Positions 30,401 through 40,290 of a stretch of DNA of 64,000 nucleotides are shown piece by piece. The stretch is from Promethearchaeia archaeon (GTDB lineage Archaea; Asgardarchaeota; Lokiarchaeia; Sigyniarchaeales; SOKP01). A program made the position numbers and the translations under genes. Numbering within the stretch: the stretch's first letter is position 1; every line of letters begins with the position of its first letter. The DNA lies in assembly GCA_029856155.1 (NCBI GenBank), contig JAHQWL010000023.1, positions 64,001 to 128,000 on the forward strand. Direction: 5' to 3'. The notes under the pieces were generated by a model. The model did no database searches and had not been told where the DNA came from. It was given only the letters and a program-made list of their open reading frames with translations.

Positions 30401-32286
30401 AATTCTGCAATAGAATATTCATTATCTTCAAATTTTACTTTTTCAGCTAGAATCTCTTCTGAAAATCTCTGACCATTACAGTCTGGACAGGTGATCCAAT
30501 TAGAGGGTAAATACTTCATCTTAATTTCAAGAGCACCCATCCCGTTACATGTTGGACATTGACCTTCTGGAGTATTGAATGAAAAATATGTAGCTTTAAA
30601 TTTAGTAGCTTTGGCATAGAGTTTTCTAATAACATCGGCAATATTGGTATAAGTAGCTGGATTTGATCTAGGATTTTTCCCAATAGGTCCTTGATCTACC
30701 ATTATGGGGTTCACTTTTAGACCATTAATTCTATTACAACCGATAGGTTCTTTTTGTTTTAATGAAGCAAACAAAACATCTTCTACTAATGTACTTTTTC
30801 CAGAGCCAGACACACCCGTGATAACTGTTAGACGGTTTAGGGGAATTTTAACATCAATATTTTTCAAATTATGTTTGTACGCTTTCTCTATTGTTAAAAA
30901 CAATTGAGGTTTAACTCTATGTTTGGGAATTTTTACCCGTTCTCTCAAGCTAAAAAACTTACCCGTGGGCGTTTCTGATTTCCATAACTCTGCAGGAGTA
31001 CCGGTAAATATTACCTCACCTCCTTCTCTTCCAGCACCCGGACCAATATCAATAACATTATCTGCATACATAGCAGCTTGCCGATCATGCTCAATATATA
31101 TTATTGGACCAGCAAGGTTCTGAAATAAGGGCAATAATCGTGCAACGTCAGCTGGATGCTGTCCAATTGTCGGTTCATCAAGGATATGAGTAATATCTTC
31201 TAATTCACTTAACAATGCAATGGCTAGTCGAACTCTTTGAGATTCTCCTCTAGATAATGTTGGTGAAACTCGATCTAATTCTAAATATTCTAACCCTACA
31301 GAATTTAATGCTATTAAACGTCTCTTAATTTCTTGTAATAGTCTAATTGTAATCGAAAATTCTTCTTTAGAGAAATAAGTGACTAGTTCCCCCACTGATT
31401 TTGTTAATATCTCGGGAAATAACATCCCCTCCCACGTAACATTAGATGCGAGTGGGTGATATCCAGTTTCATTACATTGTATACACCCTCTTCCCTTACA
31501 ATGGGGACAATTTTTCTTAAAATGTGTTGGTTCAAGCTCTCCAAACCAAGTGCCACATTCAACACATGCAGGAACTCGAGAAATAAGAGAATTCACTGAC
31601 TTTCCTTTAATTATTAACGAATTTGCCCCTAATGAAGAGATAGTTTTAACTATATCTCGGATCTCATTAATATTGGTGCTTGTGGTCACCTGACCTATTT
31701 GAATTTGAATATCATGAGGTTTTCTGGGATTTAAATTTGAAATTACGGGTTTTCCGTCCACCAAAATTGCTTCAAGGCTGAATTTCTTTTTTAAAAGCCC
31801 AATTAAGGTTTGATGACTCCCTTTTAATTTTCTTACTAAAAGAGCCGAAATTTTTATTGTCTCAATATTTCTTAATCCATCAATTTTTGCGATTATCTCA
31901 TCTTCTCTTAAAACAGACAATTTAGAACGGCATACAGAACATGTTCTATCGCCAAATCTAGCGTATAGTATTTTTAATAGAGGAATGAGACCTATTGCAG
32001 ATGCTAAGATGGAATTGGGATTTCGGTTAAGAACATTCTGACCAAGTGCTATTGTAGGTCCTAAACCAGTAATTGACTTTACATTCGCAGGGTTCAGTTT
32101 CATCTCTTCTTTATTGACTGAAAATGCTTCTAAAAATCTGCGGCGAGCTTCTTTATATAATGTATCGAAAATTAATGAGGTTTTTCCCGATCCAGAAACA
32201 CCTGTTACTACAGTAAGCCCATCCTTGATATTAACATCAATATCTTTTAGGTTATTTTCTTGTGCGCCTCGAATTTTAATTTCCAT
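27415..32286 (-). CDS. Tandem-duplicated UvrA-like ABC ATPase (four nucleotide-binding domains)
   Basis: Four GVSGSGK Walker A, four LSxGExQR signatures, four LDEP motifs, multiple CxxC zinc modules. Confidence 0.9.
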   Translation of the reverse strand: MEIKIRGAQENNLKDIDVNIKDGLTVVTGVSGSGKTSLIFDTLYKEARRRFLEAFSVNKEEMKLNPANVKSITGLGPTIALGQNVLNRNPNSILASAIGLIPLLKILYARFGDRTCSVCRSKLSVLREDEIIAKIDGLRNIETIKISALLVRKLKGSHQTLIGLLKKKFSLEAILVDGKPVISNLNPRKPHDIQIQIGQVTTSTNINEIRDIVKTISSLGANSLIIKGKSVNSLISRVPACVECGTWFGELEPTHFKKNCPHCKGRGCIQCNETGYHPLASNVTWEGMLFPEILTKSVGELVTYFSKEEFSITIRLLQEIKRRLIALNSVGLEYLELDRVSPTLSRGESQRVRLAIALLSELEDITHILDEPTIGQHPADVARLLPLFQNLAGPIIYIEHDRQAAMYADNVIDIGPGAGREGGEVIFTGTPAELWKSETPTGKFFSLRERVKIPKHRVKPQLFLTIEKAYKHNLKNIDVKIPLNRLTVITGVSGSGKSTLVEDVLFASLKQKEPIGCNRINGLKVNPIMVDQGPIGKNPRSNPATYTNIADVIRKLYAKATKFKATYFSFNTPEGQCPTCNGMGALEIKMKYLPSNWITCPDCNGQRFSEEILAEKVKFEDNEYSIAELYDIPISDVVKIFDKEKRMSVADTNSAKQMLKALNDIGLGYLSLGQPSPTLSGGEAQRIKLSKYLGRKTLKDQLIILDEPSTGLHSQDLTGLLTILERLIHSGATIVIVEHNIDIIRAADWIIDLGQGSGPKGGEIIYQGPLSEFIDVEESLTAQALKIEENINPLIEKEKQKSEISEKIVIHNAHIHNLKNVNVEIPKKKLTVITGVSGSGKSSLIMDTLETEARRRYLETLSMYERQSTKESTEALVENIRGLGITALIIPEKIIQGWYFNLRNTIGRVTDILLHLANIFSYMGKIRCPKCNQWMEREEKWYCMECNISIPFANPRHFISTNYSAACLKCHGVGSSQVPNPNKLIIHPEKPLCNGAMYSPGFFPKGYLCKPYNHGYYIVQALATRYGFDPFSTTWNDMSEVAKNAFLFGDKEPLDIEYENKKGHVYSRLDKFQGFYEHWLRDWDVGGTYTDKEICDECHGMKLRPQYLAISLYGYNIPQMCEISLKELFEILKNGNGEDNIPEFVKNSFKIILTRLEFLIKTGLGYINLNRVAESLSAGEAQRVRLAGLLGSDLTSLTVLLDEPSRGLHPSELMALLKVLMELRDKGNTIITIEHDPLFMEFANYIIDMGPGAGVNGGEIVAKGTLEEIIKSNTITGDWLCGKKKFKLSRNSRIPKKWLKIFGAEENNLKGELVEIPHNLLIGLCGVSGSGKSTLLIDTLGRALVPIKHTTSVSREPIDPGKYKKIEGTLSQTVLIDQTKAKIGSPLKFLGLEPSIIKLFAESEDARILGLDEKKLKKRCSVCKGRGYIKLDMKFLPDIIETCETCKGSGYQAEAWQVHFSGVSLPDVKNLTIEEAHEIFKEYETIALKLLYAKKVGLGYLQLNQPARTLSGGEAQRLKIVKELSKKTNRKTLYILDEPTIGQHLEDVSNLIDTLHLLVDNGNTVIVIEHHPHVLASCDWLIELGPGAGPEGGRIIAKGPPEELAKMNTPTAPYIKNVLEGGL

Positions 32287-32303
32287 GGTTATTAAAGAAT
32301 TTT

Positions 32304-34811
32304 TTAATTAAGATAGGGACCTGTTCTGGACTTTTTATTCATTTTAATTTGATATGGAGTGCCCTCTGCGATGATTTCTCCTCCTTTTGGACCTCCTTCA
32401 GGTCCTAACTCGATTACATAATCACAATACGAGAGAATTTCTGGATCATGCTCAATTATAAGCACAGTATTTCCTTCTTGAACTAATTTTTCAAGTAAAT
32501 CTATTAGTTTAATTGCATCATAAAAAGATAATCCAACAGTAGGTTCATCTAAAATATAGAGGGATGAACCCTTTCTGATTTTCCCTAATTCTTTTGCTAA
32601 TTTTACTCGCTGTGCTTCTCCTCCACTCAGTGTAGGAGCTGGTTGTCCAAGCTCAATATAGCCCATTCCAATATCATCCAATATCTTCAGCACTCTTGAA
32701 ATGCTTTCCTGCGATTTAAATAAATCTGCAGCCTCGGTGACAGTCATTTCGAGTACATCTGATATAGATTTTCCTTTATATTGAATTTCTAAGATCTCTG
32801 GTCTATATCTTAGTCCCTTGCACTCCTTACATGGAATTTCAAAGCTAGTAAGGAAAGAGACTTGAAGATCTTGAACTCCCTGACCTTTACAAGCAGGACA
32901 ACGACCACGATCAGAATTATAAGAAAAATGTCCAGCGGTATACTCTCGCTTTTTAGCCTCACCTGTCTTTGCAAATAAGTTACGAATCTTATCCCATATT
33001 CCTATAAAGGAACAAGGGGTTGAAGTACGAACACGTGAGATGGGTTTTTGATTAACAACAACGACTCCATCAATCTTTTCCCATCCTTCTACTTGTCCAG
33101 AATACTCTAACAGATCTCCCCCGTTTTCCTCCTCCTCTTCACCATTTTCTCCCATTTTTTGTTTTTGATTTTTTGCCCCTCTTTTAAAGTAAGGTTTTAA
33201 TAAGGGAACTAAAGTATCTAAAATAAGAGAGCTTTTTCCAGAACCAGATACACCAGCAATACCCACCATCAAACCCAAAGGAAATTTAACGGTCACATCT
33301 TTCAAATTATTTGTAGTAGCATTCTTGAGTATTAGATATTTTATGTCACCACCAGTTTCTCTATTAACACTAGAATCTTTGTCTGGTAATGAAATATTTC
33401 CTGCAAGAAACTGTCCTGTATATGATTCCTTAATCTCTTTAATGCCTTCAAGTGATCCTTGATATACAATATTACCTCCATCAACACCTGCACCTGGTCC
33501 TATATCAATTATTTCATCTGCCATATCTATAAAATGCTTATCATGTTCGACAACAATAACAGTATTACCTAAATCTTTTAATTGTTGTAAAATATGAACT
33601 AATGAATCTTTCTCTTGCTCGTGCAAACTCATGCTGGGTTCATCTAAGATATAAACCAATGAATCCAATCCTCCATCTAGATGAGTCATTAGTGAAAGCC
33701 TTTGTAATTCTCCTCCGCTTAGTGTAGGTAAGGAACGATGTAAATGTAAATAAGATAATCCAACGTTTATCATTCGGTTTAAGCCCTGTTTGACATTATC
33801 TAGCATTGATCTCCCCTGTGGACTTTGAATATCTTTATCGGTTAATTTTTCAAAGAATTGTTTCACTTGATCAATTGTCATTGTGGCAAGTTCTCCTATA
33901 TGTCTATCTGCAATTTTAACATCTCTTGACTCTTCATTTATGCGAAATCCATGACATTCTTCACACTTTTTCTTTGACATATACTCCTTAGTGATTTTAT
34001 TCTTTCTATATGCACTCTTACCTTCCGTCATCGCGCGTTCCATATGGGGGATAATCCCTTCAAACACTCTTTCTAATTCCCCTTGAAATGTTTTGGACTC
34101 CCACCAAAACTTGAACTTCTTACCTTTACTCCCATAAATGTATAAATCTTTAATTTCTTGTGGTAAATCCTTGTAAGGAGTCTTAATATCAAAATTAAAG
34201 AAATTTGGAAGTTGTTCCACGAACCTAATTTGGTCTGCAAAGCATCCTGAACCCGCTTTAGTAATCTGTATTAAATTCCTATTATAATCTTGAACAATCA
34301 TTTCTTCTATAAAGTGCATTTCATATCCTCGACCCTTACATGCTAAACACATCCCAGAAGGCTCATTAAAGGAGAAATGTTTAATTTGCTTACGCTCGAC
34401 AATCATCCCACATGAATCACATTCTAAAGATGATTGATTTACTGGTTCTTTACAAATTGGGCAGATAAGGATACCCTCTGTTGCGTATAACATCCGGATT
34501 AAACCATAAATACCTGTTTTTGTACCCACTGTTGATCTAGGGTTAAATACTCTTGTAGTCCTTTGCTCAACAGCAACGGTTGGACTTAATCCTTCAATCA
34601 TATTAAAGGGTTTTTCATCTTCAAACTTGGGTGGGAAGCCAATAGATTGAAGATATCGGTTCATCCCTTCGTCAAATATAATATCAAAAGCTAAACTAGA
34701 CTTTCCTGAACCAGATACACCCGTAATAAGGATCATCTTACCCTTAGGAATGTCGACATCTATATCCTTTAAATTATGTATTCTTGCTCCTCTTACTTTT
34801 ATAACATTCAT
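32304..34811 (-). CDS. UvrA-like (class II / DrrC-like) ABC ATPase
   Basis: GARIHNLK, two GVSGSGKSSL, LSGGE, CPACKGQG; short N-terminal half suggests no UvrB-binding insertion. Confidence 0.88.
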   Translation of the reverse strand: MNVIKVRGARIHNLKDIDVDIPKGKMILITGVSGSGKSSLAFDIIFDEGMNRYLQSIGFPPKFEDEKPFNMIEGLSPTVAVEQRTTRVFNPRSTVGTKTGIYGLIRMLYATEGILICPICKEPVNQSSLECDSCGMIVERKQIKHFSFNEPSGMCLACKGRGYEMHFIEEMIVQDYNRNLIQITKAGSGCFADQIRFVEQLPNFFNFDIKTPYKDLPQEIKDLYIYGSKGKKFKFWWESKTFQGELERVFEGIIPHMERAMTEGKSAYRKNKITKEYMSKKKCEECHGFRINEESRDVKIADRHIGELATMTIDQVKQFFEKLTDKDIQSPQGRSMLDNVKQGLNRMINVGLSYLHLHRSLPTLSGGELQRLSLMTHLDGGLDSLVYILDEPSMSLHEQEKDSLVHILQQLKDLGNTVIVVEHDKHFIDMADEIIDIGPGAGVDGGNIVYQGSLEGIKEIKESYTGQFLAGNISLPDKDSSVNRETGGDIKYLILKNATTNNLKDVTVKFPLGLMVGIAGVSGSGKSSLILDTLVPLLKPYFKRGAKNQKQKMGENGEEEEENGGDLLEYSGQVEGWEKIDGVVVVNQKPISRVRTSTPCSFIGIWDKIRNLFAKTGEAKKREYTAGHFSYNSDRGRCPACKGQGVQDLQVSFLTSFEIPCKECKGLRYRPEILEIQYKGKSISDVLEMTVTEAADLFKSQESISRVLKILDDIGMGYIELGQPAPTLSGGEAQRVKLAKELGKIRKGSSLYILDEPTVGLSFYDAIKLIDLLEKLVQEGNTVLIIEHDPEILSYCDYVIELGPEGGPKGGEIIAEGTPYQIKMNKKSRTGPYLN

Positions 34812-34823
34812 TTTATTACTCCT

Positions 34824-35495
34824 TTATATCTTGGTTTTTATTTTTTGTAAAATATAATAAGCACAATCACTTTCATTAGGATTGGCTTTTACCCATCTAA
34901 TTTCAGCTTCAATGGCTTCAATATTTTTGAATAGATGAGGATCTTTTTTTTCTTTACGAATCTCCTTTATTTTATTATCCAATGGTTCATAATATTCCGT
35001 CCACCAGCAACCCTCAGGCCAGTTCAATTGTTTGATCAGATTGAATCCATACTTGGTTATCAAATCCCGATTTTTATCCATAGTTTTGATAGCCTGTCCA
35101 AGCACTAAATACCCTCCAACCTTTAGGATTCGATGGCATGCTTCGAAGCTTTTCTTAAAACCAATTATCTGCACCACGCCCGCCTCCCAAACTATATCAA
35201 AGTAGTTTTCTGGAAAATCATTTTTTAAAAGGTCCATTCTTTTAGTAAGGATTCTACTTGTAAGGTTTCTTGCCTTTATTTTTTTGTTTAATCGATCTAA
35301 AAGCACTTGGTCAATATCTATAGCAATGATATCACCATTGGACAATTTCGCAAACTCGATGGTAAGAAGACCAGATCCACAACCTAAATCAAGTATTTTC
35401 GGTTTTTCCATCTCTGGAAGCAATTCAAACGCCTCCTTCATGTATTTAAGGAATTTTTCCCTTAACCGTTCAGTATATAGTTCCTTATATGACAT
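34824..35495 (-). CDS. Class I SAM-dependent methyltransferase
   Basis: ILDLGCGSG, FDIVW, ILKVGG. Confidence 0.9.
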   Translation of the reverse strand: MSYKELYTERLREKFLKYMKEAFELLPEMEKPKILDLGCGSGLLTIEFAKLSNGDIIAIDIDQVLLDRLNKKIKARNLTSRILTKRMDLLKNDFPENYFDIVWEAGVVQIIGFKKSFEACHRILKVGGYLVLGQAIKTMDKNRDLITKYGFNLIKQLNWPEGCWWTEYYEPLDNKIKEIRKEKKDPHLFKNIEAIEAEIRWVKANPNESDCAYYILQKIKTKI

Positions 35496-35503
35496 TTTTT
35501 TTC

Positions 35504-35935
35504 TTAATTTTTTATATTTGGATTAATTCTATTTCCACAATCAAAACATTCAGCATCATGAACACAAATCTCACCTCCACATTCGGGGCAAGTATAGAGT
35601 TTTTGTTGCTCATGAAGCCACTTCTCGGCTCCGATTTCTTGAACTCTCTTTAAATTATTAATTATGTTCACGGAATATCTATCTTGATATTGAGAATCAA
35701 TTTTTTGTAGCTTTTGACACGGAAATTTATCACATTCATAACAAAAATCTATTTCTTTTTTCAATAAGGCTGGACAATCCCTTCTAATAAATGCACATTT
35801 CTTAAATCTGATTCTGCAACCATCACAACCTTGTTTATACCCTCTCTTCTCCAATTGATCCTTCTTCTTAAGAAGAAATGCACGGCAAGCACCGCAATAT
35901 ATACCACAAGGCGCAGCTAAATTATTATTTACCAT
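35504..35935 (-). CDS. DUF3795-like Cys-rich protein with C-terminal zinc ribbon
   Basis: APCGIYCGAC, CDGC, FCYECDKFPC, CPECGG; start moved to ATG 35935 to avoid overlap. Confidence 0.75.
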   Translation of the reverse strand: MVNNNLAAPCGIYCGACRAFLLKKKDQLEKRGYKQGCDGCRIRFKKCAFIRRDCPALLKKEIDFCYECDKFPCQKLQKIDSQYQDRYSVNIINNLKRVQEIGAEKWLHEQQKLYTCPECGGEICVHDAECFDCGNRINPNIKN

Positions 35936-35946
35936 TTTATCACGAT

Positions 35947-37083
35947 CTAATTTTTTATTTTTGATAGTCTTGTAAATAAATCTTCTTCTTTTGAGAGGAT
36001 TTGTAATGCGATATTGTGTAGCTCCCCAAAATCTACATGGTTTATACAATCATCTTTATATTTATCTGCAGCATTCTTCAACCTTTCTGCGATCAGGGTC
36101 CAATTCTTAGCGGATTCCCCAATTATCGGAATACACTCCCCAAGAATCTTGAATTCATTGATTTTCCATGCTCTGGTACCCTCTTTAAGCTCAGGATGTG
36201 TTAATAATTCCTCTAAAAATGATTTATAAAGCTTTCTGAAAGATGCTCCTCCTGTACCCCATGTTTCAATATATCCATAAGTAAGCTCAAACATTAGGCT
36301 TGCTAAGGAAATTTCATTACCTTTAGAGTTTGTTATGCTTTTATTTAATTTATCTTCCCATGTGAGGATAGAATTAGCAAATCCCTTTAATCCTTGGATG
36401 CCGTTATAATTCATCGAGGGTCGTAGCATATTATTAACGACTCGTTGAATCGCTAATCTAACTCCCCCAGTTAAAGGTGGGTGCTTACCATCGGGGCGAG
36501 GAGTCATAGAGAACTGAGTATTACTTGGATGTAAAAATTTAGGTCCATATGTAGAGCTTCTTGCTGTCTTCAATATATCAATTGGGACTTTTTGAAATCC
36601 CTCAAATTCGGTATCTCCTATAAATGCTAGTCCTTTCTCCTCATCATATCCAGCTAATGTTATTGCATGCCCACCAAAATGAGCTTCGTCAAGTCTTTCA
36701 TCGAAACCTTCATAAGGCATATATGCAATATCTACTTTTAAAATAAGAGGTATATTTTGAGTTAGCATCCTTTTTGATTCTTCCCAAGCTTTATCTGCAC
36801 TTGTGAATGATTGTTTTCTGAATGTAATGCCTAACAAACGACACGCCAGACTATTAGGCTCAATGGTGCCTTGCTTTCCTCCCAAGAAGAAAGGGATATC
36901 AGAATCTGGTATAAATGAAATTTGACCTGCTGTATCAAAATAACCGAAACCCATGGTACCATCCAGACCGAATGCCATAGCCTCAGACATTGGAAATCCA
37001 TAATACTCGAAAAGATCTCTCATTGAAGAAGACTCGCAGTGATATCCGTTTCTATGTACGAAATTCTTAACAATATGTTTCAT
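35947..37083 (-). CDS. BtrH N-terminal / DUF4872-like papain-fold peptidase
   Basis: GYHCESSSMRDL catalytic-Cys motif, SEAMAFGL, HFGGHAITLAGYD, GTGGASFRKLY. Confidence 0.78.
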   Translation of the reverse strand: MKHIVKNFVHRNGYHCESSSMRDLFEYYGFPMSEAMAFGLDGTMGFGYFDTAGQISFIPDSDIPFFLGGKQGTIEPNSLACRLLGITFRKQSFTSADKAWEESKRMLTQNIPLILKVDIAYMPYEGFDERLDEAHFGGHAITLAGYDEEKGLAFIGDTEFEGFQKVPIDILKTARSSTYGPKFLHPSNTQFSMTPRPDGKHPPLTGGVRLAIQRVVNNMLRPSMNYNGIQGLKGFANSILTWEDKLNKSITNSKGNEISLASLMFELTYGYIETWGTGGASFRKLYKSFLEELLTHPELKEGTRAWKINEFKILGECIPIIGESAKNWTLIAERLKNAADKYKDDCINHVDFGELHNIALQILSKEEDLFTRLSKIKN

Positions 37084-37709
37084 TTTTCCTCTACTTCGTT
37101 TGCTTCATAATCATTAGGATTGATTTGACCTCTAACTTTTGTGATTTCGTCTAAAACCAATTTGAAAAATTCCTCATCAGTTTTAAGAATTTTAATAGGG
37201 TGTATAAAGAGTCCTGTTACGTTAATTGGCATTTTTGAAAAATTTGATAGGATTTCATCCAACATAATTTTTAATTCCTTTCTATGTTTCTTTATAATTT
37301 CTAAAGAATGGTTAAATACTTCAATTTGCTCTTCGGGACTTAGAATTGGAAACATTGAAAAAGCAACATAGAAGTCTTCATCATTTTTTCCTGTATAATT
37401 ATATAACACCTCATAAACTTTAGTCCTCAAGACTTCATATCCATAATTCTTGATCTTATAGATTTTTCGAGTCCTACCATCTATTTCTTCTTCATAACTT
37501 TCTACTAATTCATCATTTTCAAGCCTTTCTAAAGTTCTATAAATTGTTGAAAATGAAAAATCAACTCCTATGTTCGTCCAATCCCGCATTCCTCTCTCTT
37601 CAATCCTTTTATTGATATCATACGCATGGCAACCACCTTCATGCATTTTCTCGTTAATTAAGCCCAATAAGACAAAAGCTCGATGTTTTAAGGTATAATC
37701 TTCAGTCAA
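37080..37709 (-). CDS. PadR family transcriptional regulator
   Basis: LLGLI...HAYDINK...STIYRTLERLE...RKIYKIKNYG. Confidence 0.88.
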   Translation of the reverse strand: MTEDYTLKHRAFVLLGLINEKMHEGGCHAYDINKRIEERGMRDWTNIGVDFSFSTIYRTLERLENDELVESYEEEIDGRTRKIYKIKNYGYEVLRTKVYEVLYNYTGKNDEDFYVAFSMFPILSPEEQIEVFNHSLEIIKKHRKELKIMLDEILSNFSKMPINVTGLFIHPIKILKTDEEFFKLVLDEITKVRGQINPNDYEANEVEEK

Positions 37710-37927
37710 GATTGTTCATTATTATTTGCATTTTTAAATAATTGACAATATTATTTAAATGAAAAATAAGAAAGTTGTATATTTAAATATTTGCAAAAAA
37801 TAAAAAATGACAATATGAATAAAAAATGTGAAAACTTGACATTGAAAGATTAAAAATCCCTACTAAAGATGAATAATCCTTAATTAATTATTATTAATTT
37901 ATCAAAATAATATTAGGTGTTAAATAT

Positions 37928-38260
37928 ATGGATATGAAGGAAATTATAAAAAATTGTCAATTAACTGAGGAAGAAATGCAAGAATATTTACGAGTAACTA
38001 AAAAAATTGACCATAAAGAAGATCATAGACGAGCTTATAGAACTATGATGAATAAGACGAGGAGAAAATTATTAAAATTCATAGGAACAAATATAAAAAC
38101 ATCTGAACAAATAAAGAATACATTTCATGAAGAAGAGGGCCAACTAATATATCATTTATCAATGTTAGAACAATTATTATACATAATGAATACAAAAAGC
38201 GGTTGGAAAGCAACCCCAAGAGGGATAGGTTTTTTGAATAATGCAATTATGGGAGATTAA
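37928..38260 (+). CDS. Small ArsR-like winged-helix protein
   Basis: NKTRRKLLKFI...QLIYHLSMLEQ...WKATPRG. Confidence 0.7.
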   Translation: MDMKEIIKNCQLTEEEMQEYLRVTKKIDHKEDHRRAYRTMMNKTRRKLLKFIGTNIKTSEQIKNTFHEEEGQLIYHLSMLEQLLYIMNTKSGWKATPRGIGFLNNAIMGD

Positions 38261-38301
38261 GACTGTAGCAGAAAAATAAGTTTCCAATTTTTAATTTTTT
38301 C

Positions 38302-38399
38302 AATTTTGGAGTACACTTACCTATTATCATACCTGCCGCTTTACTATCGAGTTTTATCTATGTTCCTATATATAAGAAAACAGGAAATGTAATCTCAAG
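38302..38399 (+). repeat. Orphan 98-bp diverged copy of 40104-40201 (3' part of the downstream hydrolase gene)
   Basis: aattttggagtacacttacctattatcatacc...aatctcaag aligns without gaps to aattttggagtctacttacctattaccatacc...aatctcaag. Confidence 0.9.
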
Positions 38400-38546
38400 A
38401 GAAAAATATAAGAGAAAATTTGTTCTCTTATATTGAGATTTGAAAAGGTAAAAATGATGAAAAATTACTCATAGTAGTTCATTAAATTTATAAAAGGAGA
38501 AATCAAAACAAAATATATACTTTTTAAATTTTAACAAAAACTGAAT

Positions 38547-40259
38547 GTGAAAAACAATATGAGCAGAATTATTACGAAAAAAAGAATAATTTTGATTTTG
38601 GTTTTCCTCTCTGTTTTTATATTGGGAACCGTTTTAATCTTTACAGTCCCTTTAAGTGTTAAAAGCACTTATGGGCTTACAACGCATACTTCAGATGGAG
38701 TAATGATTTATTTTAATGTCTTCGAACCACAAGAAAGTTATTATCAAAAGTATAATGGCAACAATCCTAAAAAAGCTGTTATAATAGGGCATGGGCACAT
38801 GGCAAATAAAGAAATATTGAAAGGGTACGCTATTGAATTGGCTAATGCGGGTTTTGTTGCCGTAGTGTTTGATTTCAGAGGACACGGACAAAGCCTCGGG
38901 GAAATCGATCGAGGGGCGATAATTGATGAGGTTCGGGCTATTAAAGGGTATTTAAATTCTAGAGATGATATCGACATAAATAATCTTGGATATATAGGTT
39001 ATTCTATGGGGGGCTTCCCAGGAAATCAAATTATTTCAGAAGATACCGATTTTAAGTGTTTCATTGGAATTGGAACGGGGCTGCCCACAGAAGATTATCA
39101 CCCTGAATATTCAATAAAAGCCAGTTCTAATCGAAGCTTAAATATCCTCATGATTCAAGCTCGATTTGACGAGGCAGTTACTGTATCAAGACTAAAAGAC
39201 GGTATGGCATTAAGACTCAATATGACTCCTGAGGATATCGATGTAAATAAACTTTATGGAAGCTTTCAAGACGACAACGCTTCAATGATCTTCCTAGACG
39301 ACAACACTAATCATTTATTACTCGCGTGGGATCAAGATTTTATAAGAGAAGCTAGAAATTGGGTGATTAGTACATTTCCAGATGTAAGACAACCCGACGA
39401 GAATTTTTATGTAAATCTTAGGGTAATTATTCTAATAATTCAATTATTTGGCGGTATTGGTTTGTTTTTTTTAATAATTGATCCTCTTTACGAATCAATC
39501 TTGAAAATTAGAAAAGTAAATCGAGAGGAAGAAGCAATTTTAAAAATAGATTTGCCTGATGTGTCAATAACTAATTTAGCATTACGAACAGTTGCATATT
39601 CTTTAATCCTTGGCTTACCTGGAATACTTATTTTTATGCCTTTATACTTCTTTCCTTTATTTACAGCTGGAAATGTTTTAATGCTCTTATGCGGTCAAAT
39701 GTTTGCAATTTTAATTTTACTTTGGAGAATTGGGAAGAAAGCTGACACTTCTTTAAAACACATCTTAATTGGGCCTTTTAAGAGTAGAAAGACTTTCATT
39801 AACCAAATACTATTAGGAGTAATCTTAACAACCATTTTGTATATAATCATCTATTTATCAATAGGACTAAACTATTTTGCTATACTACCATCTCTCACTA
39901 AACTAGTATACATTCCAATTTGCTTTGTGATTTGTTTCTTTGTCTTTCTCATATACAGCTTACTAAACCAAACAGTGCTCCAAAATAAAATCAAGGATGG
40001 CCTTAAAGGACAGATAATATCAGGAATGATTACTTTTGGCGTACAAATTTTGTACATGATATTATTTCTTCTACTTTTTAGCTTTTTATTAGGAAGTTTT
40101 TTTAATTTTGGAGTCTACTTACCTATTACCATACCTACCACTTTATTATCGAGTTTTGTCTATGTTGCTATATATAAGAAAACAGGGAATATAATCTCAA
40201 GTACATTAATAAACAGCTTTATCGTTACAATGATAACCATTACGGTATCAGTTATTTAA
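38547..40259 (+). CDS. Membrane-bound alpha/beta hydrolase
   Basis: N-terminal TM, GHG, FDFRGHGQS, GYSMGG nucleophile elbow, polytopic C-terminal half. Confidence 0.85.
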   Translation: MKNNMSRIITKKRIILILVFLSVFILGTVLIFTVPLSVKSTYGLTTHTSDGVMIYFNVFEPQESYYQKYNGNNPKKAVIIGHGHMANKEILKGYAIELANAGFVAVVFDFRGHGQSLGEIDRGAIIDEVRAIKGYLNSRDDIDINNLGYIGYSMGGFPGNQIISEDTDFKCFIGIGTGLPTEDYHPEYSIKASSNRSLNILMIQARFDEAVTVSRLKDGMALRLNMTPEDIDVNKLYGSFQDDNASMIFLDDNTNHLLLAWDQDFIREARNWVISTFPDVRQPDENFYVNLRVIILIIQLFGGIGLFFLIIDPLYESILKIRKVNREEEAILKIDLPDVSITNLALRTVAYSLILGLPGILIFMPLYFFPLFTAGNVLMLLCGQMFAILILLWRIGKKADTSLKHILIGPFKSRKTFINQILLGVILTTILYIIIYLSIGLNYFAILPSLTKLVYIPICFVICFFVFLIYSLLNQTVLQNKIKDGLKGQIISGMITFGVQILYMILFLLLFSFLLGSFFNFGVYLPITIPTTLLSSFVYVAIYKKTGNIISSTLINSFIVTMITITVSVI

Positions 40260-40290
40260 ATTCCAACTTCTTTTTTTTTTGTAAATATTA

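Noticed and set aside
35936-36049. N-terminal extension of the DUF3795-like ORF
   Set aside because: Overlaps the upstream peptidase gene; the domain begins at MVNNNLAAPCG.
37740-37845. TGACAATAT-like repeats upstream of padR
   Set aside because: Irregular spacing in very AT-rich DNA; cannot be distinguished from chance.
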